Origin: Polymyxa betae A26-41
Lineage: Eukaryota > Protista > Endomyxa: Phytomyxea
Length of the DNA: 64,000 nt
Assembly: GCA_003693705.1 (NCBI GenBank)
Contig: RBZT01000125.1
Location: 62,001 to 126,000 of the forward strand
Reading direction: 5' to 3'
The notes beneath the pieces are model-generated. The model saw only the letters and a list, made by a program, of their open reading frames with translations, was not told the origin of the DNA and made no database searches. This document shows, piece by piece, positions 12,563 to 25,726 of the stretch (positions are counted from its first letter, which is position 1; each line of letters opens with the position of its first letter). The translations under genes were made by a program, and so were the position numbers.

Positions 12563-13028
12563 ATGGCGCTGCGGGCCCATGATCTCCGGCAGCGATTCTC
12601 AGGACGTGCCGACTGGGCGGTACTCGTGTATGACGACCTGTGCCAAGTGAAGCAGTGGAGCGATGTTGACGTCGTCGAGGTCGCAGGCCTCGATCAGCTG
12701 CTGATCCTCGGCGTCCCATTCGGCGCTGTAAGTTACGGCCATGTAATATGCTGGATTTGGGGCGTATGACTGTTGATCGCAGGCGGTAAAGAAATTAGTT
12801 GTTCCATGGCCGTCCTCCAAGGCTGTCACGCCAAGACAGATTGGAACCATTCTTGACGCCATCGCCGACAAGTTTCAAGATATTCAGTCGTTCACGATTG
12901 CATTCACGAGCCCTGATTCTACGATCACTTATTTCATGATACATCGCGACCTGATCGCTACCGAGCCCGTCCCGAAATCGACCAATACAAATAGCTCCAT
13001 AAAGAATCCATCATTAAAGACAAGTTAA
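12563..13028 (+). CDS. TSEN15: tRNA-splicing endonuclease subunit Sen15, two exons
   Basis: VYDDLCQVKQWSDV...LLILG / intron (gtaagt...cgcag) / KKLVVPW...FTIAFTSPDSTITYFMI, matching the Sen15 motifs VY.DL...K.W, VVP, TLAIV..DSTIVYY. Confidence 0.85.
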
Positions 13029-13063
13029 TCAAACTAACTCACAGCCTACCGAACGTCATGGCT

Positions 13064-13757
13064 TTATGACATATTACGAACGAATTGGGTGCCTTGGACC
13101 GTACCGCCCCTTAGCGATTGCTTCACCAAGTAATCAAATTTGGAAAGGTCGTTGCGCATGACTTCAGCCGCTTCCTGATTTAGTGGATCGGCTGGGTTAG
13201 GATCCAGCAATAAAAATATGAGGCCATGGACGACATTCTGTATGTTCAAAACGGGCCTCCAGGCCTCCTTCAGGATATTCAGACAGACGTTGCCTTGCAG
13301 GTCGATATTTGGGTGCCAAATCTAAGCATAATCTCGTATGGGCAAAATGATCGATAAATGCTGGAAATAGGCGTATTTTCGGTAAGATAATCGTACCTTT
13401 TCGATGCATCTCACTTTCGGGGGCTTATAAGGGTACTGGTCGTTAATGTCGAATGTGAAGGTGTAGCTAGCTCCCTTCCAATAGCCGGCATCGGGTTGAA
13501 TCACAATCGAGAACTTCATCAGATCATCCTTATCTGGCAAAATCAGCCTGCAGTTTTCAGGCAAATCCAGCTCTTGCATATCGCCCATCATTCTCACTGC
13601 AATCACAAACGGTCAGCAGCGACTGGTGACGTCTGGCAGGCAATTTACTGGCGGCGGCCGATTTCTTCTTTTTACCATCGGGAGCCTGGGCGGCCTGGTC
13701 GTCGAGCTTGGTCTTGGCCCTCCTTCCGGCGCCAATCTTAAAAAGCGAAACAGCCAT
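13064..13757 (-). CDS. UBC12: NEDD8-conjugating enzyme Ubc12
   Basis: N-terminal SLFKI extension; YPYKPPKVRC, WHPNIDLQGNVCLNILKEAWRPVL, DPNPADPLNQEAA, SLRGGTV. Confidence 0.95.
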
Positions 13758-14229
13758 AACGAAGGGGATTGATGAATGACCGAACCCCTGATGGATGTTG
13801 ATGTGATAAATCCGCAATCACTTTCATCAGATAGAGCTACCACCTCATACAGATTCTCTCAACTCTTATCATTACGTTCATTGTTTCATTCGTACCGCTT
13901 CTAATCAGTAGGCAGAGCGTCTTGGTTTATTGAATCGTCGCTGGTTAAAGTTTTCACAATTGGAAATTACAATATCACGTAGTTATGTTATGCTTTGGAC
14001 AGACACATATTGATGACGATTGTGATTGTAATATAGGCTGGTAAAGATATGAAAGCCTGTTAGCAAACAACAACTGTAAGACCAAAATAGCATCCCGAGA
14101 GACAATCTTTACAGAATCCATTTGAAATTAAGTCCTTTAATTCGATGATGAGGTGTTCAAACCCTCTGCCAGGGTTTGAGCACTCACTAAGCTATCGCAA
14201 GCGTTGATTTTGAAGCAATCGAAATCAAT

Positions 14230-14897
14230 TTAAGTCCGATTTTTTAATCTTAATTTATGAATGGCAACCCGATCAGGCTCAAGGCCCAGCCGATCATAGT
14301 CGCTGTTGACCTCGCTGATCTCGAGCCCGGCATCACTCGCTTTAGCGAAGAACATACACGAAAACGGCCTATCTGCAAACGACTACAGCTGCAATTCAGC
14401 GACTCCAACAACATCGTCATTCCCCAAAACTTACATTGTAATAGACCGCCATCGGATTACGACTGAACAGCTCGACCAAAGTCTTGATCAAATGGTCGTG
14501 AAAATCAGCATCATAGATGATCTCCGACCCCACGATGATATCGATGGGCGGTAATGTCTCCAAATACGACATCTCACCCCAAAGGAGAGGTCGAACTTCA
14601 ATCTTGGTTCCCTGAACACATCGACGAAGGTTCTCCACCGAGGATGGCTGTTCGGTGCAGATCACATTGGCACCCATGCGATCTAAGATCACACCCTGAG
14701 AGACATCGTTTAGCGAAACCCACGCTGAACGTCAACAGATATCCGACCAGACGTCCGAGACCGCTTCCGAGCTCCAAAACGGTCTTGCCCACGAACGAGT
14801 CGGCTTCATGATCTTGCAGATATCGCTCCAGCATGGTACCTGCTGTCCATACGAGACCAGATTCGGTGTCGGTGAACTCCCGGGTGAAACCGTCCAT
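14230..14897 (-). CDS. SAM-dependent protein-lysine methyltransferase, family 16 (METTL21-like)
   Basis: GLVWTAGTML, VLELGSGLG (motif I), LLWG, DIIVGSEIIY (DxxY-type motif); three exons. Confidence 0.88.
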
Positions 14898-15627
14898 CGA
14901 TAAACGTCAGGTTCGTGCGATGGGTCAAATCGGGCAATTCTGCGCCGGGAGATTAGATTTAGGCTACACCTGGGACATTGTGATTGCAGGCCTAACGCGA
15001 AGTTGTAAACTTTTATGCAATTAAACCATCATTGATTGCTCGCTGATATTTCTGATTCAGACACTCCTTACAAATCAGCCTGGTTTTTATGTTACCTCAA
15101 CCAGATCCATTCCTGGGAAAATCCCAAGAATTTAAGCCAAAACACAGAAATAAGTAGTGGAAATATTGCCGAACAGCAAAAGCTGCTGGAGACCATTCTG
15201 ACATGCCGCTTATTTGCATTATTCTATTCGGAAATGATTTCGCACGTATGCAATAGCGTTGCTGATGGCTAGAATGCCTTCAGTGATGTCTGTACCGACT
15301 CTGGAAGACATGCCATCAGCACTGGTGACCACGAAAAGGTCTAAAAGGGAAATGACGTGTTTTGTAAATTGGATTTGAGGAAGAAGGTCCCATAAAGGTA
15401 ATTGTTTGACCTGGAGACATTTATGCGTGAAACGTTACAGTGTGGCTCTTTAACGTAGAGGAGGCATCCTTATATAGGATGCATTCAATAATATCAACCC
15501 CAATGCTTAATTCTGTCTCTCATGTCCTATGTACATGTTGTCACGAGGCACTGGTTTTTAGACCAGAACCCATTATGAGGGGTCTTTGTCATCAAACAAA
15601 ACGAATCGATCATCGGTACCTGGCTTG

Positions 15628-16489
15628 ATGGCTGCTCGAGTTGCGCCCTTGCCAGCAAGCGAAACTGATCTGGCCCCTGCGTCGCCATTACAACGAATCA
15701 TCAATGGGATTCGGTCGATTTTCGGTACAAGTCGGACTGTTGAAGCGAACCTGAGCGAAGTCGGTCTGAACGAAGAAGAGATCGAAGAGCTGCGAATGGT
15801 TTCTACCTGTCTGACCTTTAATACATTGATTGATTGCCACACTAAACGGGGTGCTTCTCGGTAGTTGACGATCGAAGTCTACGGAGGCTCTGCGCTCGAT
15901 TCCTCTTACTGGACCGGGAAGCGAAGCGCTGCATTCATGTGGACGATATTCTGTCGATGCCCGAATTTCAGCGTTGTCCTTTCCGAAGCCGACTTCGGCT
16001 TCTGTTCGCGTCGTCGCTAAAATCATGGCAGGTCTCATACAGAGTTAGTCCTTTTGTCATCGTGTGTTTTGGACCTATAATGCGCCACAGGAATTTGTAG
16101 ATTTGCTCGCCGTTTTCGGCCCAGAGGCCAACCGAGATCAAAAATTGAAATGTTAGTGGCCCTCGCCCTTTTAACAACCACCGTTTTTTCAATTACCCTT
16201 TAAGTTTTATTTCGAGTGTACGATTTTGACGATGACGGTGTCTTGTCGCCGGCTGATCTCACAGCCGCGATAGAAACAGTTGTTGAAGACATATGTGATT
16301 CTGCGGTCGTTGGACGAGTGGTTGATAAAATCTTCCACGAATGTGATTCTGAAGGAAAGGGCTATATCACATTGAAACATTTTCGAGAGGTAACGCTACC
16401 ATGCAATCACGGGTTTCTTCGTTATTTAACACAGACCTAAGGCATTAGGAGAATCTGACGTCAGCCTTAGAGTGAAATTGTCATTATAA
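15628..16489 (+). CDS. Calcineurin B/CIB-like EF-hand calcium-binding protein; start uncertain
   Basis: LRRLCARFLLLD...ILSMPEFQRCPFRSRL, EFVDLLAVF...QKLK/FLFRVYDFDDDGVLS, KIFHECDSEGKGYIT. Confidence 0.85.
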
Positions 16490-17060
16490 GCTTGGATCCA
16501 ATAATCATTACAAACTTGAATCCAATAATCAGCATCTCAAGTAGAGAGCATCAAAGAATGGTATAAAAGCCAACCCCAAAACGGATTTAGTGTTAAGTGT
16601 TAGACGTCCAATTTCTTGTCTAGCTATCGCCTTAATAACTGCCAGTGGCGCCTGACTGCTTGTCTATCACCATCAGCATTTCACTATGGAACTAACAAGT
16701 TTTGGCGGAATTTCCTCTCCAATCTGGCAATCTCCCGATTCGAAATTTAAGAAGTACAAAACCTGATACCGCGTAACGTTATTCAGAGGCTTTCATGCAA
16801 ACTACTTTCACAGTTTTTCTTGAAGCAGCATGGAGCCAGATTCTATGATGAATGAATGGCGACAGAACATGCTGACAGCGATGAAGTAGTTAATGAAAGC
16901 GGAGAAGACTTTGTGTAAAAAATTTCTTTCCATCGTCTGTGGCAATACGAACGAGACTAACCAATCAGTGTTAAGAGCTGTATAACGAAACATGTCCAGG
17001 TTGGGGAGATTCTCTATACGTGGCCGGGTCGAGTTCCATTTTACATATGCGAGCACCAGC

Positions 17061-20000
17061 TCATTTTATTTTTGGACGTTTGCGAGTGATGAAATCAGAT
17101 ATTAAATCCCTCTTGATCTTAACGATAATTGGATCGGAACAGACGTCGAAAACGCCCAATATCGGGCAGGTAACATCGCTATTCATACCGATGCGACTAA
17201 GCGAACGTTCTCCTGAAGTCAAAAAAACATTAAGAAGATACTTAGGTCTAACAAAACGCGCCATACTTCCAGGTTTTTTTCTCATCTGCTCATTACTCCG
17301 CCTTTTTCCAGGACGCTTGAAATGAACTTTAGGCTGGTCGACCTCGTTTGCAATAGGACTCGGGTCCCTTAATTGCTGCAGATAACCAAGACCATCATCA
17401 ATTGAATCTGCTTCTGAATGTACTTCACTGTGAACAGGCGAGCCATTTGGAGCTGCATTGGACTCAAGCTCGTTCATCGTGGAGCCTTCACGATCAACAG
17501 AATGATTGACGTTTGTGATGTCAGGAACAGCCAGTTCCGGAGTATCATTCATGGTTCGTTTGAGATAGTCGAAAAGAGCCGGTTCAAAATCACAGCATTC
17601 AGTTTTGGCAATCAGCTTAGATCGCGGTAACAGAAGCAATGACCGCTTCAGCCTCAACACAACCACAGTTTCGAGAACATCGGAGATTTCTCTTCGAATC
17701 CGCTTGATTCGAATTGTGATTCGTGGATCGCAGTAACCAGTAACTTCAGCATCAGCTACAGGTTCTTCTGCATCAGCCACAGATTCAGTGTGATGTGCTC
17801 CAGTGATTTCTGAGCGTAATCTTGGGCTCGGGCCAGAATCATCAGAAACAGACCTTGGAAGCTCAGTAGGGTTTGGAACTGGCGCCTCGGAATTTGAAGC
17901 CAATCTTGAACTTCTTGGACCAGGAGAGCGTCGTCTATAGCGAAGTAGTTTTTCTCGCCTGGGGACATCTACGCTTAATTGCTTGGAAAGGCGGCGAATC
18001 GGAGGCGTTAATAGTCTCGAGTCTGCACCTTCTTCAACTCGCACAACTTCTTGCTCAGAACGAGTTGGCGAATTTCCATGAGACGCGACGGTTTCCGTCT
18101 GATGCCGGGTGCCAGCGTGAGTAGATGATGAGCTTTCTCCTTCAGGTAGCGGAGGGGCACTTTGCTCATGTGTAATATTTAAAAGTCCAGCATTCTTGAA
18201 AACCTCTTCAAAGTTCTGGTGTTCGGAGTCTAGCTCCATAAGAAGCTTGAATTCTTCGCTCATCATTAGGACTTCTTCAAAACTCTGAAATGTACCCTCC
18301 GGATCGACTGGTAGCCTGAGCGTGCTACTGGCATTGACATGACGACTCTCTTGGACAATATTCGAGTTCACATTATCGCCCGCTAGCTGCCCTCCATTTG
18401 AAAGATCCAATTTTGTGGCAGGAACGACTTCCAAAGCTTGCTTCTTAGCTGAGTTAGAATGCATTCCTTCACTTGGATTAGGTTGATCAGCTCCTTCAGT
18501 TTGTTCAGTCGGACCTTCTGAATGAAAGTCTTCATCAGGTCGACTCAGCTCAACAGAATGCTGCACATTAGCACCGTCTTTATCAGCCAGTGCAAGATCA
18601 CCCAAATCAATACATTCATCTGTTATAGCCTGCTCCTCGGCTTTTTCCAAGGCGGCAACAGTAGCATTGCCGCACACTGTCTCGCCCTCATCTGTGTTGG
18701 TTTCAGCCGATACTTCGCACAGTCCAGATTCCGAACAACTGACTGTGGCTTGGGCGAAATTTGGGACAAGGTCGCCATTAAATCCGTTCTGCATTGATTG
18801 CTTGATGACACTACCGCGCCACCTCATTAACTGCTCTGGCGAGGGAACAATCACTTGAGGGTTTGGCAATATAAGAGAGCTTGGAATCGGCTTCGGAGAA
18901 GTCAAAGTCGCAGGCAACAGAGAGGGAACCGGAGAACCCGATAACAAGCGAGACGGCAGAGAACCCGTGCTTAGATATTGGGATTCCTCGGTCTCGGTCC
19001 AATGATGAAGCGCGCAATTCGTCTTCTGGCATCCTCCTTGAATAAAGTCGATACATAGGGGTAACGGGATCATGTTGGAAAAGACAAATGCTTTCTGATA
19101 TGGAGGGTGCCGCAATGGACACGTGGTATCTTCGCAGATGCGCTGAGTAAGGCAAGCCTCACAGTAGGGCGTGATCTCAGGTCTGATAGGAGATGACGCC
19201 TCCGCAGGCTCACAAAGAACAGCCGGTTTTAAAGGAGATGAAGGCTCTGCAATTACATCCGGGATGAATTTGATGGGGGAATCCGATGGTGGTGGTGGAA
19301 TAAATTGCATTGAAGGCCGCTGCTTGTGGCAGAGTTCTGATACAGCGTTTCGTATTAAGCTGTAATCCGGACCATCATGGAAGCGCAGCGTATTGAGATG
19401 CTGTGCGATCTGATAAATCGGTTCGGGAATGGAGTCGTTGCGAACAAAGTCGCGACCGAAAAACTTTCGCTTCATGGCGGCAACTTCATTCTGCACAAAT
19501 TTAAATTCGACAAAATCAAACCGCAAAATCGAGGCCTACCCTTGAGCTACAATCAACCCATGGAAGTTTGCCAAGGACAAAGTCGACCAAAACATAAAGG
19601 AAAGAGAAGATATCATCCCGAGGCCCCAATTCCTGATCGAGCTATAAGATGAAGAAACGATAAAGAAATGGTTGGCAACCTTGCAGGAATGCGAATTTAA
19701 CGACGCGTATTTGCTTGTCCCTCTAAATTCTCCAACCGCCCTAATTGCTTAGATCAATATTGGTTAAGATTATTAGTATATGAGCAAACCTGGCTGGAAG
19801 AGCTACGCCATTCCTGTGGTGGCGTCTGGCCAGCCCGAAATCGATAAGAAGAGATCTTCGGGCATTTTTAGCGTTCTTAAGCGGCCGTACAAAGTTTGAC
19901 TGGAAGAATAGCAGGTTAGCAAACGCAGCGGGTCAGATAACGGAATTAACGAACCGGTTTGATATCTCGATGGACATATCCGCATCTATGTAATGCCTCA

Positions 20001-20580
20001 ATGCAGTTTAGCATCGACATTGCAGCAGCAGCGCCTTTATGGGGGCGAAACTGTCCACCGGGCTGCCGTTTCCGACATTCGGAGAGCGTCTCCGAGCAGA
20101 GATCCATGACGATGTAGAACCCGCCGTCGTCCAGAACGCCTGATTCATGCATCTTGCAGACATAAGGACAATCTGCATAACAAACATTTAGCCATCCTGA
20201 AGAAAATGATTAAGAATCGCATGAACCCTGAATATCGGTGAGGACTGTAGCTTCCCACTTCAGCATCCGTCCTTCGATGGGAATATTTTCTTTCTCGACT
20301 TTGATAGCGACCTCACGTCTCTCCTCTAAGGACCCGTCTTTAGAGATAGCAACATACACATCGCCTAAAGAATAAATCATTTAATCTCCAGCTAAGATGT
20401 TTAAGGGATCGCCATACTATAGCGGCCCTGTCCAATTCTTCGCTTGAGAATCCATCTTTCATTCAGAACATGGCCATCAGGAAAACGAGGAGCCGTCGAC
20501 CCGTTAATGGCATGTTTCGGCGACGGGTCGGTAGACGGCTTCGTAAGGCGGGGCGATTCTGCGAGCCCGGCGCCGCTCAT
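17061..20580 (-). CDS. Tau-tubulin kinase (CK1 group) with tandem CCCH zinc fingers and a long disordered C-terminus
   Basis: IGQG.FGDVY, VAIKVE, YIVMDL, GYVHRDIKPSNF, IDFGLAR, FRGTSKYASLNSH, ELGPRDD, GKLPW, PDY; last exon about 800 aa. Confidence 0.92.
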
Positions 20581-20957
20581 TGCAGGCTGAAAGGGCACAG
20601 AAACACGCTCGTGCGAATCGACCTCGAAGTACCGTCTTGCGATTCGATGACTATGGTGATCGACTTTCGCCTTTAAGATAGAATCTGACGATAGGCAAGA
20701 AGCAGCCTGAAAAAATCGTATAAACGCGGAATTTTACGCTTCTTTTTTTTGGGAACAGGCGTCAAGGAAAAGAAATCTTCTGTTTTTTTTTCGAAATTGC
20801 AGGAATGCTCAACCTAAAAAGCAGTCGATACAAGCATTAACTGAGTACAGTTTCAAAGTTTTTGACCAACAAAAAAAATCGAAATCCTCGCGATTTTATA
20901 CGAAATTGGCTTTGCTTGTTTGAAGCGCCTTGCAGCTTTACAAATATTACTATTTTA

Positions 20958-21510
20958 TTAAGACTTCCTTCGATTATCGCAATTCTGCTGCTGATGAGTG
21001 GTTAAAAAGGCTTTCAAGTGGTTTTGCTGTTAGCGAATAAGCTCAGTACGATGCAATAGCCAGAACTCATTTCCATTACTACCAGATTTTCATTGTTACG
21101 ACAACAAAGTAAGATATCACTAGTATTGACAGTTTTACGACCAGAGTGTTCGGCAAATAGGATGGCATCTTTTGCAATTCTCCCTAAATCGAAATTGGTT
21201 AGAGAGGGCTTTTCCAAATTCACCATAAACCCAACCCAGAAGTCGCAAGCAGAGCTCATTAAGCACATGGACATACTGAAACAATGTTCAGTAAATAGCA
21301 TGAATTCCTGCATACTAGTTCCTTACAGTTTTCGTGAAAGTTTTCCCATGTTCTCGGCCTGTTTAAAAGTTGAGAATGACCAAGACAAGATCGAAATGCA
21401 GGCAGACCTATGTCCTGGCATATCCTGGCGACAGCCATATGCATAGCATTGTCCAGCAACTGTTGACTATCACTCCTTTCAGCAACAATTTCGTTCTCGT
21501 CGTCTGTCAT
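20958..21510 (-). CDS. CENPS: Centromere protein S / MHF1 histone-fold protein
   Basis: AMHMAVARIC...IAKDAILFAEHSGRKTVNTSDILLCCRNNENL, matching CENP-S DLE.FA.HAKR.TI..DV.L..R. Confidence 0.85.
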
Positions 21511-21802
21511 GTTGTTTTCTAAAGTCCGTAATGAAGTTCTGTCGGTACATCTCCAATTTCCATTGAAATAGGTAGCAGGTGATTTCTGTTCGTTGTAGCA
21601 ACGATCTTTACTTCTTCAGGTTAAACCGTTAAACACTTGAAAAAGTATTTGCGGCCAGAAATTCGTTCGTTCCCCCTGAAGATATCAAGAAAGTGCTAAC
21701 AAAAGTATTCTTCTAAAATACTGCGCAACGCAATCATTGCGCATTTCAAATCGATTATTTTCGTCACTTCGCTTTTGTCCTATAACTGCCTAACCCCCTT
21801 GT

Positions 21803-24800
21803 ATGGGTGTGCCATCATTCTATCGCTGGCTAAGCGAGAAATACCCCAAAGTCGTATCTAATGTCATAGAAGATGTCAGTGAGGGCGTTGACGCCTCCCA
21901 ACCGAATCCGAATCTCCAGGAGTTCGACAATCTCTATCTAGACATGAACGGTTTAATCCACCCTTGTTGCCATCCTGAAGACAAGGTTGGCTTCAGTTTT
22001 ATCTCGCAGACTATTCTCCCTGATTATGTTTAGCCTCAACCTTCATCCGAAGATGAGATGATCGCTGCCGTCTTTCTTTATATTGATCGAATCTTTAACA
22101 TGGTTCGCCCTCGGCGCCTTCTTTACATGGCCATTGATGGTGTGGCGCCTCGAGCAAAAATGAATCAGCAACGCTCACGACGGTTCCGGGCCGCTCAGGA
22201 AATGGAAGAGCGTCGACAGAAGGAGGATGAAATCCGAGAAGCTTGGGCGAAAGAAGGGCGCCCTCTGCCTCCTCGAAAGCCTGATCGATGGGATCACAAT
22301 GTTATCACGGTACGTCCATCATCAACGACGTTTCAAAGCATTTGCAATCGAGGTTCAAATGCTTTGAATATGAAGGTTGCCATCTGCGTTCGAAATCTGA
22401 TGTTGATCATCTGCATTAGCCTGGCACTCCGTTCATGCAGGCGCTCAGCAAAGCATTGGTGTTCTATGTTAACGACAGATTAACCAATGATCCAGGATGG
22501 GCGAATGTAATGTGGCTGCTTGTTTGGTATTCGTTTTGCTCACAATCTGGGCAGATTCAAGTAATATTTTCGGATGCCACCGTTCCTGGGGAAGGTGAGC
22601 ATAAAATTATGCAGTTCATTCGTGTGCAGCGCTCTCAACCAGATTATCCGCCTAATCTGAAACACGTTATTTACGGGATGGACGCCGATTTAATTATGCT
22701 CTCGTTGGCAACACACGAGCCTCATTTCACTATTATCCGTGAAACTGTTCTCTTCGGCAAAGATAAGGTTGCACTAATGCTCAATGATGGGCATTATCTT
22801 ATTCAGAAATAGGGCTGTCACACATGTGGTCAGAAGGGCCATTTTGCAGCTGACTGTACTGGAAAGGCGAAACAACCCGAGACTGAATTTGACGAAACTG
22901 AAAGCTCTAAAGACACACCGTTTCAGTTTCTGAGTATTTCTGTGCTTCGAGAATACCTCGCAAATGTAATTGATTACCTAACATTCCCGGATGACGTCCA
23001 ACCCTTTTTCAGGAGCTTTACGTCGACGATCTTCCGTTCCCTTGGGATCTGGAACGTGTTATTGACGACTTTGTTTTCCTTTGTTTCTTCGTAGGAAACG
23101 ATTTCCTCCCGCATCTTCCGTCGTTGGAGATTCGCGAAGGCGCTTTGGGTATTGTTATGCTTTTGTTTATTATAGATCTTGTGTTTATTTCTGTTAGACG
23201 AATTAATGAAGCTCTATAAGCAAAAGCTTCCATCACTTGGGGGATATTTGACCGATGCTGGCGTTGTGGATCTTCCTCGTGCTGATGTCATCATGGATCA
23301 TGTTGGCAGTCAAGAAGCGGAAATCCTGCGACGGCGGCATCGTAAGGAACAGCGTGATAAAGAGCGTCAAGAACGACAGGAACGTGATCGGGAAGCAAGA
23401 CAGCAGCGAGCTGTCCTGAAACGATCGCGCTCTGTGCCAAATCTGGTTATGTTCTGCTGATTTGTCTTGCGCTCCAATTGCTAACGGTTTTGTCAGGCTG
23501 ATAGTGATTCCAAGGAAAGAGCAAAAAAGAGTCGACGAAGTGATATCTCTGCTGATATAGCTTTGGGTGGTGTTAAACCTGTTGTTGCACCAAAGCGTGT
23601 TTTCAGTGCTGATGGTAATGGCAATTCTATCTTAATTGAGGCGCAGATGATAATCATCAATCTTAGCTAACCAAGGCTGCTTGCTGACTGCTAATTTGTC
23701 AGCTGCTGACGCATTACGAGCGAAACTTTCGTCTTCTGTCTCCTCTGTTTCAAATATGGATTCTCCTCAGAATCAAGTTGCTGATTCTGCACCGGAACCC
23801 GTTCCGGTTCCTGCTGATGCCAGTCCTGATATTGATAATGGTGCCTTGGACGAAGAAGATATTGAAAGCGTTCCTGGTTAGTACATCTAGTAATGCTTGC
23901 CGTGTTTAAATTCTCTGCCTTAGAGGAAATAGCGGATGTAATCACTGCTGAAGCTCACGATGATTATACAAAGCAGCTAAAAAAAGCCATCGAAGACATG
24001 AACCGTGCTCCTGAAACAGAAGATACTTTGAAATTTTATGAAGTTGGATATAAGGTAGTTTGTCCGCCTTTTAATATCACTTTTATTAACTGTTGTTCTT
24101 CAGGATCGATACTATAAGCAGAAATTCAATTACAGTTTTCAACACAACGGCAAAGATATTCAAGAAGTGGCTCGACACTATGCTCAGGGGCTGTGCTGGG
24201 TTCTGCTTTATTACTATAAGGGGTGTCAATCTTGGGAATGGTAAGCCGTTATCTCTCTGCTTCGTTAAAGGTATTTATGTATTCATCATTTAGGTATTAT
24301 CCTTATCATTATGCGCCGTTCGCTTCCGATCTTCGCAATATGGACCAATTTGATTTACGTTTAGAAATGGGGAAGCCGTTCTCTCCCTTCTCACAGTTGA
24401 TGGGAGTCTTGCCAGCTGCTAGTTCACATTGCTTACCTGAACAGTATCGCAACCTAATGTCGAATCCGACCTCTCCTATTATACATTTCTATCCTAGAGA
24501 TTTCAAGGTTTTATATATTGAAGCGTTTTTTTGTTGTTAATATGTGCATAATCTAGGTCGATCTTAATGGAAAGAAATGGGCCTGGCAGGCAGTCGTTTT
24601 ACTGCCTTTTATTGATCAGACCTTGCTATTGTCTACTCTGAGCAAGCTGCATGATACATTGACGCCCGACGAGAAAGAACGAGACAGCGTTGGAGTCGAT
24701 TACTTATTCGTGAATGCCACCCATGATGTTGGAATTGCCTTGTCGGCCATGTATCTTAAATATGGTGAAGGATCCGATGTCATGCTGCGTTCGCGGAAGA

Positions 24801-25726
24801 TTGCTTTTGATGCTTCCAAGGTGAAATTATACCTGTGCTTTTAATCATATGGTTCAATAACATTATAGAGCAATGGCATTTTCGGAAAGATCGCTCCTTA
24901 TGCAGCAGCTGCTCTTCCCTCTGTTACTGTCAAGTTAAATTTGGGTGCATTTTCGCAATGCTTAAAACACAACAGAGCCATTTCTGCAGTGTTCTATCAT
25001 CCTCCATTTACACATCACAAATGTGATCTGCTGGACGGCACCGTTCTAGCAGATCCCGTCCTCAGTCAGGACGATTTCGCCTCCATTGTCAATTTCCGAA
25101 GATACGGCGGGCGCTCCCTTATGTTCAATGCTGATGAAAGCCAAAGTGCAGACTCGACCCCGCGAAAGCAAATACTCTCTGAAGGTGCAGTACGCTTGGC
25201 GCAACGCTCGCTGCCGATGGATAGGAGATTATCATATCCTCCAGCTGATGATCGGCGTTATTCTTGCACAAGGAATGAAGATGGGGCGTCTTATTCGTAT
25301 TCATCAAGATCAAGCCGTGGCGATTCGCGCTATCAATATCATGATGAGCGATATGCTTATGCTCAGCAGCCCAACTCGAATGAGTATGATCAGCGATATC
25401 GATACCCAGATAATCGATATGCAGTCGACAGTCACATCTCTTCTGGTCGATACAACCCTCATCCGAGCTCATATAATGACTTCCAGCAGCAGCAGCAGCA
25501 GCAGCCTTATGATTATAGGCAGTCGAGTACAAGATCATCTTCATATTTCAGCTCTGGACCTGATGATTATCGATACGGTTATCAGTCGCAGTCTCAGTCG
25601 TCTGCCTATCAATCATACGATTCTAGACAGCCAGCTCGAGGGCCGCCTCCGCAGTCAAATCCTTATTATAGAGACCAGCAGCGGAATCCATCGATGAATC
25701 CAAAGAGACATTCAGGTGGAAGATAA
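21803..25726 (+). CDS. XRN2: 5'-3' exoribonuclease 2 (Rat1/XRN2/XRN3)
   Basis: [59 protein letters not shown] knuckle [36 protein letters not shown]. Confidence 0.97.
25484..25504 (+). repeat. (CAG)7 microsatellite encoding polyQ in the XRN2 tail
   Basis: Seven consecutive CAG codons. Confidence 0.9.

Noticed and set aside
12489-12871. Minus-strand ORF ending TCC-TGA, resembling an antizyme +1 frameshift site
   Set aside because: The +1 frame closes after about 14 codons, and the region is explained by SEN15 on the + strand.
14145-14190. Hairpin beginning ATGA...AAA as a possible SECIS element
   Set aside because: The 3' side reads CTAA rather than the required NGAN quartet, and no upstream + strand gene with an in-frame TGA was found.
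16550-17056. Possible extra gene downstream of the kinase
   Set aside because: I could not assemble a consistent spliced ORF or recognise a motif; it may be 3'UTR.
25086-25697. 203-aa alternative-frame ORF overlapping the XRN2 tail
   Set aside because: A by-product of low-complexity repeated codons; no independent coding signal.
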